Source: Octopus sinensis (taxonomy: Eukaryota). From it: 64,000 nucleotides of DNA. The stretch lies in NCBI RefSeq assembly GCF_006345805.1, contig NW_021832231.1, positions 124,001-188,000 of the forward strand, in the 5' to 3' direction. Within the stretch, counting starts at the first letter, position 1; each line of letters opens with the position of its first letter. The position numbers were made by a program, and so were the translations under genes. Below are positions 61,180 through 64,000 of this stretch, in pieces. The notes under the pieces were generated by a model. The model saw only the letters and a list, made by a program, of their open reading frames with translations, ran no database searches and was not told where the DNA came from.

Positions 61180-62220
61180 GAATTTAATTGTGATGAAACA
61201 TCTTTGTATGGTAACAAATTTCCTTAAAGATCTTATTTAGAATCTCTAGAAACATGTCATTGTACAAAATTCAGTAACAGTTTTCTTTTGCTGTGATGCA
61301 TACTTGTAAAAATAGATAGTGCTACATGCCATTTTTTATTGAATACTCAGATATTAAATTGTTTTTTTCTGAAAAATACAACATCTTTGATTCAACCTTT
61401 AGATATGGTATAATACAATGTTTTAGACTACATTATCCAAACTTCCTAATGAACTTTGTGTTCATAAAGATACAACAATTAATCCTAAAGCATTGTAAAA
61501 TCCTTGGAAAAAGTAAGGAAGTCCATTTTTTGCAAAGTAAACAAAAATCAGATAGAATAGTAATAGATTTTTGTTCACGATAGTTTTCTTTTGTCATGAA
61601 GGTTGTCCATTTCACTCTGCTACAAAAGAAGAAATTATAACTAATCTGAGATATCAAATTATAACTTCTAAATTTGCTGAAAGAAAAACAAAATTTTATA
61701 AGACTATGTCACAGGTAAGCGACAGAACCACGCCATTGGATTCTTTTTCGAAATTTTGTTGAACTAGACCTCTAAAGAGACCATGGAGGTGTCGAGTTAA
61801 ATAAAGAGTATCATTTTAATGTTTTAAAAATCATCTATTTTGCAACGAACAATGGGAAGAAATTTGTAAATAAAAAATCTTGGAGTCATGCTCAACATAA
61901 AACACGTCAGGGGCGTCCCGGGTGTCCTTGGGTGCAGGGAAAATTCGAGCGTCTGAATCAGACGTTGAAATTTATGCTTTCTTCAACTTGTTTTTTAAAG
62001 AACTTGAATTTTAAATGGATTGACATCATTAAAGGAATTACAAGTTACTATAATTCTGTCCAGTTCCATGCCATTCAAGAATTGAAGAAATTGTCAAAGG
62101 AAAGGAATTCAGCGACAATAAAATTTAAAGATTGGGTCTATGCCGAACCCAATTGAGAACATTTGATGTGCATTCCAAGCTGACATAAAAAGACACATCG
62201 CAACAGACATGGAAAATATT
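61180..62220 (+). mobile_element. Decayed DDE remnants: pogo fragment and an integrase-core (Ginger/Gypsy-like) fragment
   Basis: FNCDETSLY near 61185. HVRGRPGCPWVQGKFERLNQTLK at 61900-61975. Confidence 0.55.
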
Positions 62221-62246
62221 TTGAATAATGTGAGACAAGAAGCTTT

Positions 62247-62620
62247 GTGCCAGCGGCAAGGACGCAGTGTGCGTTGCCCCGAAGGATGAGCGCTGGGCCA
62301 AATCACCGACCCACTCGTGCTACTACTTTCCGCCACAATCTCTCGACTGAGGAATTCATTCTGTCCCTGTCCTCGTTTCGTGGCACAAGAGAGATCCCTC
62401 TCCGTATCCCCAAACAAGCACGTCTGACGGCTGCTTCCTGCCTCGAACAAATTATTTCAGAAGCACTCACTTCCGAAGAAGACCTCTCGTGGTTCCGTAT
62501 CTTCCTTTTTGCACCTCTCTTCCTTGGAAACAAGCACGAGGCGACCAATCCCGGCAAGGGAATCTCGTCCATAATTAAGTCTCTGGCAGTTTCTTTCGGC
62601 GAGGAATGCAACAATCTTGT
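62247..62620 (+). mobile_element. Fragment of a CRE-like retroposon ORF (pre-RT region)
   Basis: GC-rich block RIPKQARLTAASCL..W.RIFLFAP, typical of the region upstream of RT in this clade. Confidence 0.55.
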
Positions 62621-64000
62621 ACTTTTTTCCAATTTTGAAAATAAAAACACCTTACCGTCAATCTTTAATAAAAATATATCTAAAAATGTCTCTGAATTAT
62701 ATTCATATAAAGTTGCAGAGATAATTTACAAAAACTGGTTGCATTATTATTTTAAATTATAGGTGGTGGTATTAATGCCCATTTGATTGTAGAGAATGTC
62801 ATCCATAAGGAGGCGATACAAAAATTGGAAGGGCAAAAAGAATTCCAAATAGGTGATCAAAAAATAATGGTTGAGAACCAAATATTTCACCAAATTGATT
62901 CATGGAATGAAGAAAGACAAACAGAAGCGACTGAATATCTTACTTAATTTTGGTCATCAAATGAAACTACAAGAACGAAAGCAATTTCAAATTCAGACAA
63001 TGCCGAAAGAAAAATGTTAGGAAAAGGAGTATGGAAAATGAAATTCCTATTTGTAACATCGTCAATAGTTGTCAGAAGAGTTTATGTTGACAGTAGCTTA
63101 AAAGCAATTTCAAATAACATAAATGATTACGTTCCTTGTCAAATTTCGCCTACCCCCGGAAATAGTGATATTCGTTTTCCGCGTAGTAATTCTTCATGTG
63201 CTGATATATGGGCTGGAAGGGTGGATCTTGTCCCATTATAAGGCAAAAATTATAAAACTACTAAAAAAACGAGGAGATTAGCGCTCAAGGTGGCCTTTGG
63301 CGCAAATCAGAGAGAAAATATCGAGCTGTCACAAAACTTTTCCAATGATTGGTGACATTGTCGAAAGCCAGTTTCAAAAGTTTCTAAACAAGAGAAAAAA
63401 ATAGCCATTGAGGACTTCATGTATAAGGTCTACTACTGGCCCTTAATTTTATGTCCGGTATCTCTTTGCGAAAATAAACCTGTCGTATCTTATTAGTTTG
63501 ACACGTTTGCCTTTCTGTTAGTTGGCTTTTGAATCGGTATATTGAATACCAGGTTTTTTTAACGGCTCGTATTTAACCATATCTCATTTTCGACCGGTCA
63601 GAATAATTTGAAAAAACTTGACAAAAAATGGGGCTTCAAACTAAACTGAAGAAGTTGTATTGATAAAAAAGAATAGAAAATAAGAAAATACACTCTCAAA
63701 TAGAAAATGCAAAAATCAAAATCCATTATTAATAATGCTTATATTAAAATACAAATGCTTTCAAAACAATCCATACTAAATGACGAAAGTCTTAAAAGAA
63801 AAACGAACATTAAAATAATGAATGAAAAAGTTTGAGAAAGAATTGCACAATAAACTTTCTTTATTTTTATAGTTTTTAGTTAATTTCAAGTTTATTTGCC
63901 AATCCTAAAAGCAGAGTATCGAAAATGAGACAAGAGCATAGGGAGAATAGAACAGGCGGAACAAATCAAAAATGGATTCCGAGCAGAATATTAGAATAAA

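Overview
AT-rich animal (metazoan) nuclear DNA, standard genetic code. Compact gene blocks are interrupted almost only by ultrashort (about 21-31 nt) spliceosomal introns. Together with motile-cilia genes, this best fits a dicyemid mesozoan (inference). Genes: a degenerate MDH-like protein, FoxJ1-like, mitochondrial TrpRS, TESK-like kinase, CCDC61, rhophilin, COG1, glucosylceramide synthase-like, FAM166/CIMIP2-like, intronless CK1-alpha, ALYREF, CPVL-like carboxypeptidase, EXOC6, Na/K-ATPase beta, a possible TALPID3-like gene and CFAP65. Between the gene blocks lie transposon islands. At 20.5-33.4 kb there is a five-level nest (MULE > IS630/Tc1-like > Tc1-like with minisatellite TIRs > CRE-like retroposon > Buster hAT) bracketed by two inverted satellite-bearing Helitrons. 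At 39.6-42.5 kb a hAT sits in a LINE remnant, at 46-51.3 kb there is a pogo/hAT nest, and beyond 60 kb there is TE debris. Single-base homopolymer deletions in otherwise intact genes point to long-read assembly errors. Exon structures were parsed by eye, so gene boundaries are approximate.
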